From NCBI GenBank assembly GCA_038144855.1, contig JAYQOO010000002.1, forward strand, positions 36,742 through 100,741: a stretch of DNA of 64,000 nt, in the 5' to 3' direction. The notes beneath the pieces were generated by a model. The model saw only the letters and a list, made by a program, of their open reading frames with translations. It was not told where the DNA came from and made no database searches. Source of the DNA: Acidimicrobiia bacterium (GTDB taxonomy: Bacteria; Acidobacteriota; Vicinamibacteria; Vicinamibacterales; UBA2999). The position numbers were made by a program, and so were the translations under genes. Numbering within the stretch: position 1 is the first letter of the stretch; each line of letters opens with the position of its first letter. Of the stretch, positions 28,901 through 37,918 are shown piece by piece.

Positions 28901-29213
28901 GCACTCGCTTTCCGACGCGGAGGACTTCACCGAAGGCTACCGCTCGCTCAAGCTTGGATCGGTGGTGGGCGAACCAACGGCCGGGTGGATCATCTTCACC
29001 TGGAACACGCCCATGATGGACGGCTCCGTCCTGCGGCTGCCGCGGATGCGCATCACCGCCACCGACGGCGCCGACATGGAGATGAAGCCGCGAGCGGTCG
29101 ATGTGCCGGTGACGCGCGCGTTGGGAGAGGGCCCGCAAGGCCGCGACAGCCAGATCGAGGCCGCCGTGAAGACGCTGCTGGCGCAGCTCGACCGCCGCGC
29201 GACGCCGCGCTGA
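25983..29213 (+). CDS. tricorn-protease-like S41 peptidase (beta-propellers + PDZ + S41 core)
   Basis: A 1076-aa protein with a signal peptide. It has many PD40/TolB-like repeats (SPDG..VAF.S..DIW), a PDZ segment (AGIKTGDVIVAVNG) and an S41 core (VLVTNQHSLSDAEDF). Confidence 0.85.
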   Translation: MPNHARRHALLGVLLVVLATTSISTQIPVAPPLAEPGISPDGREVAFVSGGDIWTAPLGASPAVARLLVSHPATESRPLYSPRGDALAFVSTRTGNGDIYVLRFTDASLTRITFDDAAEALDGWSRDGSSLFFSMTTRDIAGMNDVFQVSASGGTPMPVTNERYTNEFQGAMSPDGKTLAFSARGTASGQWWRNGHSHLDQSEIWLATAGAPAASRYRKIVDRGAKALWPMWAADGKSLFFMSDRSGSENVWQTSIDGPARAVTAFPRGRVLWPSITTDGRTIAFERDFGIWTVDTASGRTTELRVELRGTAAVPAVEHQRFTNQFTELDLSPDGRKVALVIRGEVFAGNAKEAGDAERVTSSPAREFGVTWAPDSRRLLYISERDALSSLIAFDFATRAETVLATGADEFGSPVVSPDGKSVAYVVARRELRVLTIDSKQSRTVATGEFLAGFEASNPVEWSPNSQWIAYLSRGTRGFYNISVVAAASATPGPAQPVSFLANLNTDSIAWSPDGTFLTFATGQRTEPGQVARVDLVLRTPKFREDRFRSLFDQETPKPAPGTPPASAAPPAPVTPAAPVAPVIVFEGIRQRLSLVPVGVDVQDQTISPDGKLLLITANAAGQTNLYTYTIDELARETPVARQLTSTSGGKSSPQFSPDSKEVYYLEAGRPLSIAIEERRVRPLEVTAEMDVDFAREKASVFQQAWRMLNDHFFDAKHNGTNWAGAREAYGVRVQQARTPDEMRRVTQLMIGELNASHLGFSAPAGATTPPFTGRLGVRFDPVEYASSGRLRVSEVLPLGPAAVAGIKTGDVIVAVNGTRLTAATNLDDRLQHTIGTRVSLGVSSGSAEREVVVRPVNLATEKGLMYRGWVEETRALVAKLSNNRLGYAHMPDMSQQSLDQLYVDLDADNHGKDGVVIDVRNNNGGFVNVYAIDMLARRSYFDMTLRGSGRVPSRSVLGQRALERPTVLVTNQHSLSDAEDFTEGYRSLKLGSVVGEPTAGWIIFTWNTPMMDGSVLRLPRMRITATDGADMEMKPRAVDVPVTRALGEGPQGRDSQIEAAVKTLLAQLDRRATPR

Positions 29214-29362
29214 TCGGCCGATTACTGATTCGTCACCGACCCGCCAAACGCGTCATCGCCCCGCCCGGACCGGGGGCTGAGAGAATTGCGTAACTGCTTG
29301 GCTCGCTTCGGTTTACCATAGCGGCGAAGGCGGCAATTGCGACTGGAAAGCCCGTTGCACCG

Positions 29363-31041
29363 ATGACCCGAGTGCTCCCCGCTCAAAACGCGCCCGTGCC
29401 CACGGCCCACGACGGGTTTGGCGTCCGGACGGTCGGCATCGACTCCGATTCCGGAGACGAAGTCGAGGTGCTCGCGCTGTCCGCCGAACTGCTCGAGCAC
29501 CCCGGATTTGTCACCGCGCTTGGCGAACGCGTCGCGCGATTTGCCGCCGTGCGACACGCGTCGTACGCGAACCTGCGACGCCTGGATCGCCCCGACGCCG
29601 ATCGACTCGAACTCGTGTCGGATCACGCTCCGGGGTGGCGCCTCTCCGAGTTACTGAGTGAGTCGCACGCGGCCGGTGTTCCCGTCGACATCACGATCGT
29701 GATCGGCCTGATGCGGCAGTTGCTGCCGGCCGTCGCGCTCTACGGCCGCCACAATCGCGACGCCGCGATCTGCGCGCTTGCCGTCGAGCGACTGATCGTC
29801 ACGCGGCAGGGGCGCCTGGTGATTGCCGAACATGCGTTTGGCCCCGCGCTCGAAAAGCTCAACCTCGGACGCGAAAAACTGTGGCGGCAGCTTCGGGTGG
29901 CGATGCCGCCGTCTGCCGGCTTGCCGCGCGCCAATCAGCGCGCCGACGCCCACGCCGTCGGCATCGTCGGCTTGTCGATGTTGCCGACGTGCGTACGGCA
30001 TTTCAGGCGCCGTCGGACGCCCAGCTTGCCTTCGAAGCAGTGTTGGCCAGCGATCGCTCGTACGTGACGTCGTCGGCCAGGCTCGAGGAGTGGTTGTCCG
30101 CGCTCGGCGCAGCCATCGACGAGAAGAAGGCGCCGAAGCCGGATCCCGAGGTTCTGCGCCGGCAGGAAGAGGAACGCGCGCGCGAACTCGAGCGGCAGCA
30201 GGAGGAAGAGCGTCAACGCGAGCTGGATCGGCAGCGCGAGCTCGAGCGACACCGCGCGGAGGAGCTCGAGCGGCTGCGCGAGCAGGAGCGCCAGACCGCG
30301 CGTGAAGTCGAACGTCTTCGCGAGCAGGATCGGGAGCGCGAGCTGGAATTGGAGCGGGAGCGTGAGCGCGCTCGCGCATTGGAGCTGGCCAGCGTTGCGA
30401 CGCCGGTCGCGCTCGACGAGGCCGCGCCGCGCGTTGAGGCCGCGCCGCCCGCACCGCTGGCCCCGCCGGTTGAACCCGTCAGCGTGGCGCCCGCACCGGT
30501 GGCCGCAGCGTCATCACGAAGCCCGATGGTCTATCTCATGGCGGGCGCGGTGGTGTTGCTCGTGGCGATCGTGGGCTGGCTCCTGGTGACCCGCGACAGC
30601 GGCGGCATGCGGGAGGGCGAGGGCGAGCTGGCTGTGCAGTCGCGTCCCCAGGGTGCCCTCGTGGTCGTCGACGGCAAGGAGCAGGGCGTGACACCGCTCA
30701 CGGTTCGCCTCAACGCCGGGGCGCACGTGCTCGAAGTGCAGGTCGGCAAATCAGAGCCTCGCGTGATTCCCTTGAACATCCAGGCCGGCGTCCAGACGTC
30801 GCAGTACATCGAACTGCAGGGCGTGACCGGGACCGGCACGCTCGAAGTGCGGAGCGAACCTTCGGGCGCTCGGGTGACGGTCGATGGCCAGCCCCGCGGC
30901 ACCACTCCGGCAACCCTTCGCGACCTCACGGCCGGTGACCACACTGTTGTGGTCGAGGCCGGTGGCCGAAAAGCCACCCAGACCGTCAGGATCGTCGCGG
31001 GAAGTACCGCGCAGTTGGTGGTACCGCTGCCGCGCCGTTGA
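29363..31041 (+). pseudogene. pseudokinase-like domain / Glu-Arg coiled coil / TM / 2x PEGA protein with the reading frame broken near 29980-29995 (alternatively two overlapping genes)
   Basis: Track ORFs 29363-30067 (frame 2) and 29881-31041 (frame 1) overlap. GC3 stays high in frame 2 up to about 29985 and then switches to frame 1. The frame-2 tail (LPTCVRHFRRRRTPSLPSKQ..) and the frame-1 head (MAAASGGDAAVCRLAARQSARRRPRRRHRR) both look non-coding. The C-terminal half has a TM segment and two PEGA-like units (GALVVVDGKEQGVTPLTVRL, GARVTVDGQPRGTTPATLRDL). Confidence 0.5.
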
Positions 31042-31094
31042 GACGTTTTGCATCCTATTTCAACGCCGTATTTGTTAGGATTTACCAACTTTTC

Positions 31095-32351
31095 ATGCGC
31101 AAGTCGCTCGTCATTCCGCCCATCGGCCTGCTCGGAGTCTGCCTGTCGTCCGCCTTTTGGCTGGTTTCAGCCGCGGATCCGGCTGAAACCGTGCGCGCGT
31201 ACGACGTCCCGCTTGAAAAAGATTCCGATTACCTGACCGGTTACGTCCCGGCCCGCACCACCATTGCGCACCTGTTCGAGAACCATATGGTGCAGAACGC
31301 GGATACTCCGGTCCTGGTGTCGTCGCTTGGATCGGCGATGGATCTTCGCCGCCTCCGCGCCGGGCAGCCGTACGCGATCGATCGCCTGCTGGACGGCCGT
31401 GTCCGCCGCTTCGAGTACGAAGTCGACGGCGACAAGCGCATCACCCTGACGCGCGCTTCGTACGACGGTGCGCCGCGCTTCATTACTGCCGTCGAGCGCA
31501 TCCCGAAGCAGTCCACGGTTGTGGCGATCGAGGGCAGTATCAATCGCGAGACCAACTCGCTGTCGGCGGCCATCGACAAGGCCGGCGAGCGCATCGACCT
31601 CGCGCTCGGCATGGCGGATGTCTTCGCCGGCGAGATCGATTTCAGCTCCGACCTTCAGCCCGGCGACAGCTTCCGCGTGCTGGTTGAACGGCAGACGCGT
31701 GAGGGCAAGCTGGCCGGCTATGGCCCGATCCTCGCCGCTGAATTCATCAACGACAATCGCAAGCTGAAGGCGATCCGGTTTACCCCGGAAGGCGGCTCGC
31801 CGGGCTACTACGACGAGAACGGCAATTCGCTGAAGCGCTTTTTCCTGAAGTCGCCGTTGAAGTTCGAGCCGCGCATCACGTCGCGGTTCTCGAGCTCACG
31901 CAAGCACCCGATCCTCGGCTATGCGCGCGCCCACAACGGCGTCGACTACTACGCCCCGGCCGGCGCGCCTGTCGGTTCGGTGGCGCCAGGCGTCGTGACC
32001 CTTGCCGGGTGGACGAATGGCGGCGGACGCACCGTGAAGGTCCGCCATCCCAACGGCTACGAGACCGAATACCTCCATCTGTCGGCGATCACCGTCCGGG
32101 CCGGCGCCCGCGTCGGACAGGGCGAACTGGTCGGCCGCGTCGGCAAGACCGGTCTGGCCACCGGCGTGCACCTGCACTACGGGCTGAAGCGCAACGGCGC
32201 CTACGTCAACCCCGTGATCGAGCATCGCAACATGCCGCCTGGCGAACCGGTCGCACCGACGCTGATCAACGCCTTCATGTCCGATCGCGACCGCTACTTC
32301 ACGCTGCTGTTCAACCCCACCGCGTCACGCGCGGCGAATAACAACAACTAG
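31095..32351 (+). CDS. M23 family metallopeptidase (peptidoglycan DD-endopeptidase type)
   Basis: HNGVDYYAPAGAPV .. GKTGLATGVHLHYGL (the HxxxD and HxH motifs). Signal/TM segment MRKSLVIPPIGLLGVCLSSAFWLVSA starts at ATG 31095. Confidence 0.85.
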   Translation: MRKSLVIPPIGLLGVCLSSAFWLVSAADPAETVRAYDVPLEKDSDYLTGYVPARTTIAHLFENHMVQNADTPVLVSSLGSAMDLRRLRAGQPYAIDRLLDGRVRRFEYEVDGDKRITLTRASYDGAPRFITAVERIPKQSTVVAIEGSINRETNSLSAAIDKAGERIDLALGMADVFAGEIDFSSDLQPGDSFRVLVERQTREGKLAGYGPILAAEFINDNRKLKAIRFTPEGGSPGYYDENGNSLKRFFLKSPLKFEPRITSRFSSSRKHPILGYARAHNGVDYYAPAGAPVGSVAPGVVTLAGWTNGGGRTVKVRHPNGYETEYLHLSAITVRAGARVGQGELVGRVGKTGLATGVHLHYGLKRNGAYVNPVIEHRNMPPGEPVAPTLINAFMSDRDRYFTLLFNPTASRAANNNN

Positions 32352-32367
32352 CCGGCAGTCCTGGCTT

Positions 32368-32835
32368 CTATCTCCACGTATACCCGACGCCGAATTTGAA
32401 TTCCGGCGAATCGATCGCGCCGACCTTGAATTCAAAGAACAACCCGCGCGACGACTCCAGTCCGATCAGCGCGTTCAGTCCGCCTTCTGTCTCCGCGTCG
32501 TTGTCGCCGGGTCCGTCAAACATGTAAACGTTCAACGCCGGGCCGGCACCCGCGTAGAAATTCCACGGACGGCGCGCGGTGAACTTGTAGATGAATTCCA
32601 TGTTCGCGGCAATCACCGTCAGGTCGTCGCCAAATCCGACTTCGACGTTTGGCCGGAAGTGGAAACGATCGACCAGCGGCGACGTTTCAAGGTGCGCGCC
32701 GACATAGAACTGATCAGGGTCGATCGAAAGACCGCCACGGATACCCGCGTCTTGCGCCGCAGCCGGCGTCGCAAACAGCACGACCCCGAGTAAAAACAAC
32801 AAACCTGTCACCCAACGAGTCACAAATTGGCTCAT
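32368..32835 (-). CDS. small outer-membrane beta-barrel protein
   Basis: Signal peptide ..LLFLLGVVLFATPAAA. The sequence has an alternating beta pattern and a C-terminal FKFGVGYTWR. Confidence 0.65.
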   Translation of the reverse strand: MSQFVTRWVTGLLFLLGVVLFATPAAAQDAGIRGGLSIDPDQFYVGAHLETSPLVDRFHFRPNVEVGFGDDLTVIAANMEFIYKFTARRPWNFYAGAGPALNVYMFDGPGDNDAETEGGLNALIGLESSRGLFFEFKVGAIDSPEFKFGVGYTWR

Positions 32836-32928
32836 GCATGCCTCCAGCTACAGGCTGTAGTGCAAGACGCCTGCCGTTCGCCTTCCGGCCATGCGTGCGC
32901 GAGGGCAGGGCTTATACTCAACGGTTCA

Positions 32929-34125
32929 ATGTCTGCGATTTATCCGTTCGCCGCGCTTCGGCCGACTCCAAAGTCCGCGGCCGCCGTGGCCTCCGTGCCA
33001 TACGACGTTGTGAACGCCGACGAAGCTCGAGCGTTGGCGTCCGGCAACCCGCTGAGCTTCCTTCACGTGTCACGCCCGGAGATCGACATGGGTGCCGGCG
33101 CGGATCCGCACTCCGACGCGGCCTACCAGCAGGCCACACGCGCCTTTGCCGCCCTCAAGTCGGACGCTCCGCTGGTGGTCGAAGACACGCCCAGCTTCTA
33201 TGTCTATCGATTGACGATGGGCGCACACGTGCAGGCCGGTGTGGCGGCGTGCTACTCGATCGACGAATACGACAACGACCTCATCAAGAAGCACGAGAAG
33301 ACGCGACCGGACAAAGAAGACGACCGTACGCGTCACATGATGGCGATCGGCGCGCAGACCGGGCCGGTCTTTCTGACCTATCGCGCCTCGAAAGCCGTCG
33401 ACGCCGTTGTCGGCCGCGTTGTCGGCGGCGCACGGCTGTTTGACATCACCGCGCCGGACGGCGTGCGTCATGAAGTGTGGCAGGTGCCGCCAACCGAGAA
33501 TGCAGCGATGGTGGACGCCTTTGCCAAGGTCGACGCGCTGTATATCGCCGATGGCCACCACCGCGCAGCCTCAGCGGCGCGCACCCGCCGCGCGCTGGCG
33601 GCCAAGGGCGCCGGCGCGCACGATGGCGTGCTGGCGGTAGCGGTTGCAGGCGGCCAGATGCAGGTGCTGCCCTACAACCGCGTGGTACGCGATCTGAACG
33701 GGCTTACCCCGGAAGCGCTCAGGGCGGCGATCGACCAACGCTTCGCGGTTCGATCGGGCGGTCCCGAAACCCCGGCCGCGAAGGGGACGGTCGCGATGTT
33801 CCTTGCTGGCCAGTGGTATTCGATCGAGCTGAAGACCGCCAGCGACGCGCTGGATGTCGACGTGCTGCAAACCGCCATCCTGGAACCGATCCTGGGCATC
33901 AAGGACGTGCGCACCGACAAGCGCATTGATTTTGTCGGCGGCATCCGCGGCACGTCGGAGCTCGAACAAGCGGTGAACGCCGGCACCTACGCCGTCGCGT
34001 TTTCGCTCTATCCCGTCTCGGTTACCGACTTGATGCGCGTGTCGGACGCCGGTGGCATCATGCCGCCAAAGTCGACGTGGTTCGAGCCAAAGCTGCGCGA
34101 CGGCCTGCTGTCGCACCTCATTTAA
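32929..34125 (+). CDS. DUF1015 family protein
   Basis: MSAIYPFAALRPTPKSAAAVASVPYDVVNADEARALASGNPLSFLHVSRPE .. LYIADGHHRAASA is the DUF1015 N-terminal pattern as I recall it. ATG 32929 is preferred over the track start at 32827. Confidence 0.75.
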   Translation: MSAIYPFAALRPTPKSAAAVASVPYDVVNADEARALASGNPLSFLHVSRPEIDMGAGADPHSDAAYQQATRAFAALKSDAPLVVEDTPSFYVYRLTMGAHVQAGVAACYSIDEYDNDLIKKHEKTRPDKEDDRTRHMMAIGAQTGPVFLTYRASKAVDAVVGRVVGGARLFDITAPDGVRHEVWQVPPTENAAMVDAFAKVDALYIADGHHRAASAARTRRALAAKGAGAHDGVLAVAVAGGQMQVLPYNRVVRDLNGLTPEALRAAIDQRFAVRSGGPETPAAKGTVAMFLAGQWYSIELKTASDALDVDVLQTAILEPILGIKDVRTDKRIDFVGGIRGTSELEQAVNAGTYAVAFSLYPVSVTDLMRVSDAGGIMPPKSTWFEPKLRDGLLSHLI

Positions 34126-34149
34126 GGGCGAGGAATCGGGGATCACGGC

Positions 34150-35373
34150 ATGAAGGTTCTGGTAGCGGACAAGTTTGAGAAGTCGGGTCTCGAGGCGCTG
34201 AAGGCCGCGGGCTGCGATGTGGTCTTCCAGCCGGATGCGTCCGGCGACGCGCTGGTGGAGGCCATTCGATCGACCGAGGCCGCGGTGCTCGTGGTGCGGT
34301 CGACCCAGGTCACCGGGCAGATGATGGATGCCGGCACGCTGTCGCTGATCGTCCGCGCCGGCGCGGGCGTCAACACCATCGATGTGGCCGCGGCGTCGCA
34401 ACGCGGCATCTACGTCTCGAATTGCCCCGGCAAGAATTCGGTCGCGGTGGCCGAATTGACGATGGGCCTGATCCTCGCGCTCGATCGCCGTATTCCTGCC
34501 AACGTCGCCGAGCTCAAGGCGGGCAAGTGGAACAAGAAGGAATACTCGAAGGCGAAGGGCCTGATGGGCCAGACGCTGGGCCTGCTTGGCTTTGGTCACA
34601 TTGGCCGCGAGGTCGCAAAGCGCGCCCGGGCATTCGGCATGCCGGTACTGGTGTGGACGCGTCGTTTCAGCGCGGATGCCGCGGCGCGCGAGGCGGCGCA
34701 GGAAGAGCTCGGGATCCACGTCGTCTCGACGCCTGAAGAGCTGATGGCCCAATCCGGCTTCGTCAGCGTGCACGTCGCATTGACGAAGGAGACCCGCGGT
34801 TTCGTGAACGCCGCCCTGCTGGCCAACGCCAGGCAAGGCGCGACGATCATCAACACCGCTCGCGCCGAGGTGATGGATTACGCAGCGCTTGCCGAGGCCG
34901 TGAAGACCAAGGGTCTGCGCGTCGGCCTGGACGTGTTTGAAAACGAACCCTCAAGCGCCACGGCGGATTTTGTTGATGCGCTGGCCGGCCACGACAGTGT
35001 GTACGGGACCCACCACATCGGGGCGTCCACCGACCAGGCGCAGGAAGCGATCGCCGAGGAAACGGTTCGCATCATCCGCACCTACAAGGACACCGGCAAG
35101 GTGCCGAACGTCGTCAATCTCGCCAAGCAGACCCCGGCCACACACATGCTGGTGGTACGGCATCGCGACAAGCCGGGCGTGCTCGCGCACGTGTTCGAGT
35201 ACTTGCGCGTCGCCCACCTCAACGTTCAGGAAACCGAAAACATCATTTTCGACGGCGCGCAGGCCGCCGTCGCGCGCATCAATCTCGACGGCGCTCCGTC
35301 GGCGCGCGCGCTCGACGCCATGCAATCTGGTAACGCGGACATCCTCGACCTTCAACTCGTCAAGCTTTCGTAA
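34150..35373 (+). CDS. serA: D-3-phosphoglycerate dehydrogenase (2-hydroxyacid dehydrogenase fold + C-terminal ACT-like domain)
   Basis: NAD motif GLLGFGHIGREVAKRA. Catalytic region TPATHMLVVRHRDKPGVLAHVF (ACT-like). It is adjacent to serC. Confidence 0.8.
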   Translation: MKVLVADKFEKSGLEALKAAGCDVVFQPDASGDALVEAIRSTEAAVLVVRSTQVTGQMMDAGTLSLIVRAGAGVNTIDVAAASQRGIYVSNCPGKNSVAVAELTMGLILALDRRIPANVAELKAGKWNKKEYSKAKGLMGQTLGLLGFGHIGREVAKRARAFGMPVLVWTRRFSADAAAREAAQEELGIHVVSTPEELMAQSGFVSVHVALTKETRGFVNAALLANARQGATIINTARAEVMDYAALAEAVKTKGLRVGLDVFENEPSSATADFVDALAGHDSVYGTHHIGASTDQAQEAIAEETVRIIRTYKDTGKVPNVVNLAKQTPATHMLVVRHRDKPGVLAHVFEYLRVAHLNVQETENIIFDGAQAAVARINLDGAPSARALDAMQSGNADILDLQLVKLS

Positions 35374-35387
35374 ATCACAAATCGCAT

Positions 35388-36482
35388 ATGGCCACCACGA
35401 CACATCGCGTTCATAACTTCTCAGCCGGTCCCGCCGTCCTGCCCGTTCCCGTCCTCGAAGAGGCGCAGCGCGACCTGGTCTCCCTGCCGGGGGTCGGCAT
35501 GTCCGTCCTCGAGATCAGCCACCGCTCCAAGACGTTCGAGGCGATTCTCGCCAAGACCGAGCAGGATCTGCGCGCGCTCGGCAACGTGCCGGCGAACTAC
35601 AAGGTGCTGTTCCTCCAGGGCGGCGCGTCGATGCAGTTCTCGATGGTGCCGTTGAACCTGCTGACGGCCAGCTCGACCGCCGACTACATCGTAACCGGCG
35701 GCTGGTCGCAGAAAGCGGTGAAGGAAGCGCAGCGCGTGGGCACGGTGAACATTGCCGGCTCCACCGAAAGCGAGAACTTCAACCGCATTCCCCGCCAGGA
35801 CGAATTGAAGCTGACGCCGGGCGCCGCCTACGTGCACATGACGACCAACAACACGCTGTTCGGCACGGAGTGGGCGGCCGAACCGGCGGTCGGTGACGCT
35901 CCGCTGGTGGCCGACACGTCTTCCGACATGTTCAGCCGTCCGATCGATGTGTCGAAGTACGGGCTGATCTACGCCGGCGCCCAGAAGAACCTTGGCCCCT
36001 CCGGCGTCACGCTGGTGATCATCCGCGAAGACCTGCTGGCTCGCTCACAGAAGTCCCTCCACACGATGTTGAACTACGCGACGCATGCGGAGAACGGCTC
36101 GATGTACAACACGCCGCCGTGCTTCGGCATCTACCTGATGGGCCTGGTAATGAAGTGGGCGCTCGCCGAGGGCGGTTTGGACGCCATCGGCAAGCACAAC
36201 GAGCGCAAGGCGTCGAAGCTGTACGCGGAGATCGATCGCAGCGGCTTCTATCGCGGCACGGCCGACAAGAACAGCCGTTCGCGCATGAACATCACCTTCC
36301 GCCTTCCCAGCGAAGAGCTCGAGAACAAGTTCGTGAAGGAGTCGACGGCGGCCGGTCTCGACGGCCTGAAGGGGCACCGCTCGGTGGGCGGCATGCGCGC
36401 GTCGATCTACAACGCGTTCCCCGAGGCCGGCATCGACGCGCTCGTCTCGTTCATGCAGGAGTTCGAGAAGAAGAACGGCTAG
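35388..36482 (+). CDS. serC: 3-phosphoserine aminotransferase
   Basis: HNFSAGPAVLP, SHRSK.F, FLQGGAS.QF, YAGAQKNLGPSG and GGMRASIYNA are canonical SerC blocks. Confidence 0.9.
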   Translation: MATTTHRVHNFSAGPAVLPVPVLEEAQRDLVSLPGVGMSVLEISHRSKTFEAILAKTEQDLRALGNVPANYKVLFLQGGASMQFSMVPLNLLTASSTADYIVTGGWSQKAVKEAQRVGTVNIAGSTESENFNRIPRQDELKLTPGAAYVHMTTNNTLFGTEWAAEPAVGDAPLVADTSSDMFSRPIDVSKYGLIYAGAQKNLGPSGVTLVIIREDLLARSQKSLHTMLNYATHAENGSMYNTPPCFGIYLMGLVMKWALAEGGLDAIGKHNERKASKLYAEIDRSGFYRGTADKNSRSRMNITFRLPSEELENKFVKESTAAGLDGLKGHRSVGGMRASIYNAFPEAGIDALVSFMQEFEKKNG

Positions 36483-37909
36483 TCGGGCGTCTTCTGTCCG
36501 GGTCCACCACGTCGGCGGCGTCCGCGCCGCCGGCGTCGTTTTCGCCGCCCGTCTCCAGGGGCGCGCTCGCCATCCGCCGACGGCTCCTGCGGGGGTTCAG
36601 CCTTGATCGCCTCGATGAAGCCCTTCCAATGCTCGACGACGGCGGCGGCATTGCCGTGGATCTCGAACCACGTCAGCGAATCCTCGAACGGTCCGCGATG
36701 CATCAGCGAGCGCTTCGCGCGCGGCGACATCTCGACGTCGGCAAGCCGTGATTGCAGCGACAGCATCTGGCGCAGCCGCTCCGTATCGCCACGCGCGATC
36801 GGCAGCATGCCGATCTTGAGGATCGGTTCCTTTGGCGGGCGGCGGAACTTCGGCCGCGCTTTGGGCTGGACCAGGTTGCCGATGTTGTCGTCGTCCTGTT
36901 CCTCGTCAGGCTCCGGCTCCCAGCGCTGGCGCTCCTGGCGAGGCATCAGGCCAAGCGGAATCAGCATCGTGCCGAGCAGCACCGGGTTTCGCAGAGTGGC
37001 CGGGGCGCTGTCGAACTTGCGGCGATAGCTGTCGAGCGCAGCCAGGCTGCTCCACAGGCCGTCGTTCCGGGAGCCGCGCTGGATCTCTGGCGTCACCGGT
37101 TCGAGCAGGCGATGCTCGGCCAGCAGACGGAAGGTCTGCTCCGCATAGCCCGAGCGGAGAATCTTGTAGTACTCCTCGATCATCCGCGCCGGCGACGCGG
37201 TGGCGATCAGGTCGCGATGCGTCGCAATGGCGTCGACAATCGGCGCGTCCAGCTTGAAACCGAGCCGGGACGCGAACACGATCGCTCGCAGCATCCGGAC
37301 CGGATCTTCCTGGAAGCGCTCGTTTGGATCGCCGATGCAGCGGATGACGCCGTCCTTGAGATCCTGCAGACCGCCGACGTAATCGATGATCGAGTAGGTC
37401 GCAATGTCGTAAAACAGCGCGTTGATCGTGAAGTCGCGCCGGAAGGCGTCCTCTTCGGGGGTGCCGAAGGTGTTATCGAGCGGCTGTTTCGGGTTGAGGA
37501 GCGCCTGCGCGTCGGCGCGGCCCTGTGCGACGGGATCGAGCAGCGGCACGGCGTCCTCTTGCCCAACCTCCGGCTCGGCGGGTTCACCCTCGCTCCCGGC
37601 CGGCACGTTTCGGCGGAAGGTGGCAACCTCGATGGTCTTCAGCCCGAAGCGGACGTGGGCCAGGCGAAAGCGGCGGCCTATGATCCAGCAGTTCCGGAAC
37701 AGCTTCTTGACTTGATAGGGGTGCGCCGACGTGCCGATGTCGAAGTCTTTGGGACGGCGGCTGAGGAGCAGGTCTCGCACGCTGCCGCCAACTAGGTAGG
37801 CGACGTTTCCGGACTCGTGCAGGCGATACAGGACCTTCAGCGCGTCTGAGTCGATGTCCCGGCGTGAGATCGGGTGCTCAGCCCGCGGGACGATCACCGG
37901 TTCGGTCAT
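36479..37909 (-). CDS. pcnB: poly(A) polymerase I-type tRNA nucleotidyltransferase family protein
   Basis: AYLVGGSVRDLLLSRRPKDFDIGTSAHPYQVKKLFRNCWIIGRRFRLAHVRF..IEVATFR and RRDFTINALFYD closely follow the PcnB pattern. It has an Arg-rich C-terminal tail. ATG 37909 is preferred over TTG 37918. Confidence 0.8.
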   Translation of the reverse strand: MTEPVIVPRAEHPISRRDIDSDALKVLYRLHESGNVAYLVGGSVRDLLLSRRPKDFDIGTSAHPYQVKKLFRNCWIIGRRFRLAHVRFGLKTIEVATFRRNVPAGSEGEPAEPEVGQEDAVPLLDPVAQGRADAQALLNPKQPLDNTFGTPEEDAFRRDFTINALFYDIATYSIIDYVGGLQDLKDGVIRCIGDPNERFQEDPVRMLRAIVFASRLGFKLDAPIVDAIATHRDLIATASPARMIEEYYKILRSGYAEQTFRLLAEHRLLEPVTPEIQRGSRNDGLWSSLAALDSYRRKFDSAPATLRNPVLLGTMLIPLGLMPRQERQRWEPEPDEEQDDDNIGNLVQPKARPKFRRPPKEPILKIGMLPIARGDTERLRQMLSLQSRLADVEMSPRAKRSLMHRGPFEDSLTWFEIHGNAAAVVEHWKGFIEAIKAEPPQEPSADGERAPGDGRRKRRRRRGRRRRGGPGQKTPD

Positions 37910-37918
37910 TCCAGCCAA

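Noticed and set aside
29881-30067. Programmed -1 ribosomal frameshifting as an explanation for the overlapping pseudokinase/PEGA ORFs.
   Set aside because: There is no X-XXY-YYZ slippery heptamer or homopolymer run in the overlap, and no obvious downstream pseudoknot. A 1-nt indel or sequencing error is the simpler explanation.
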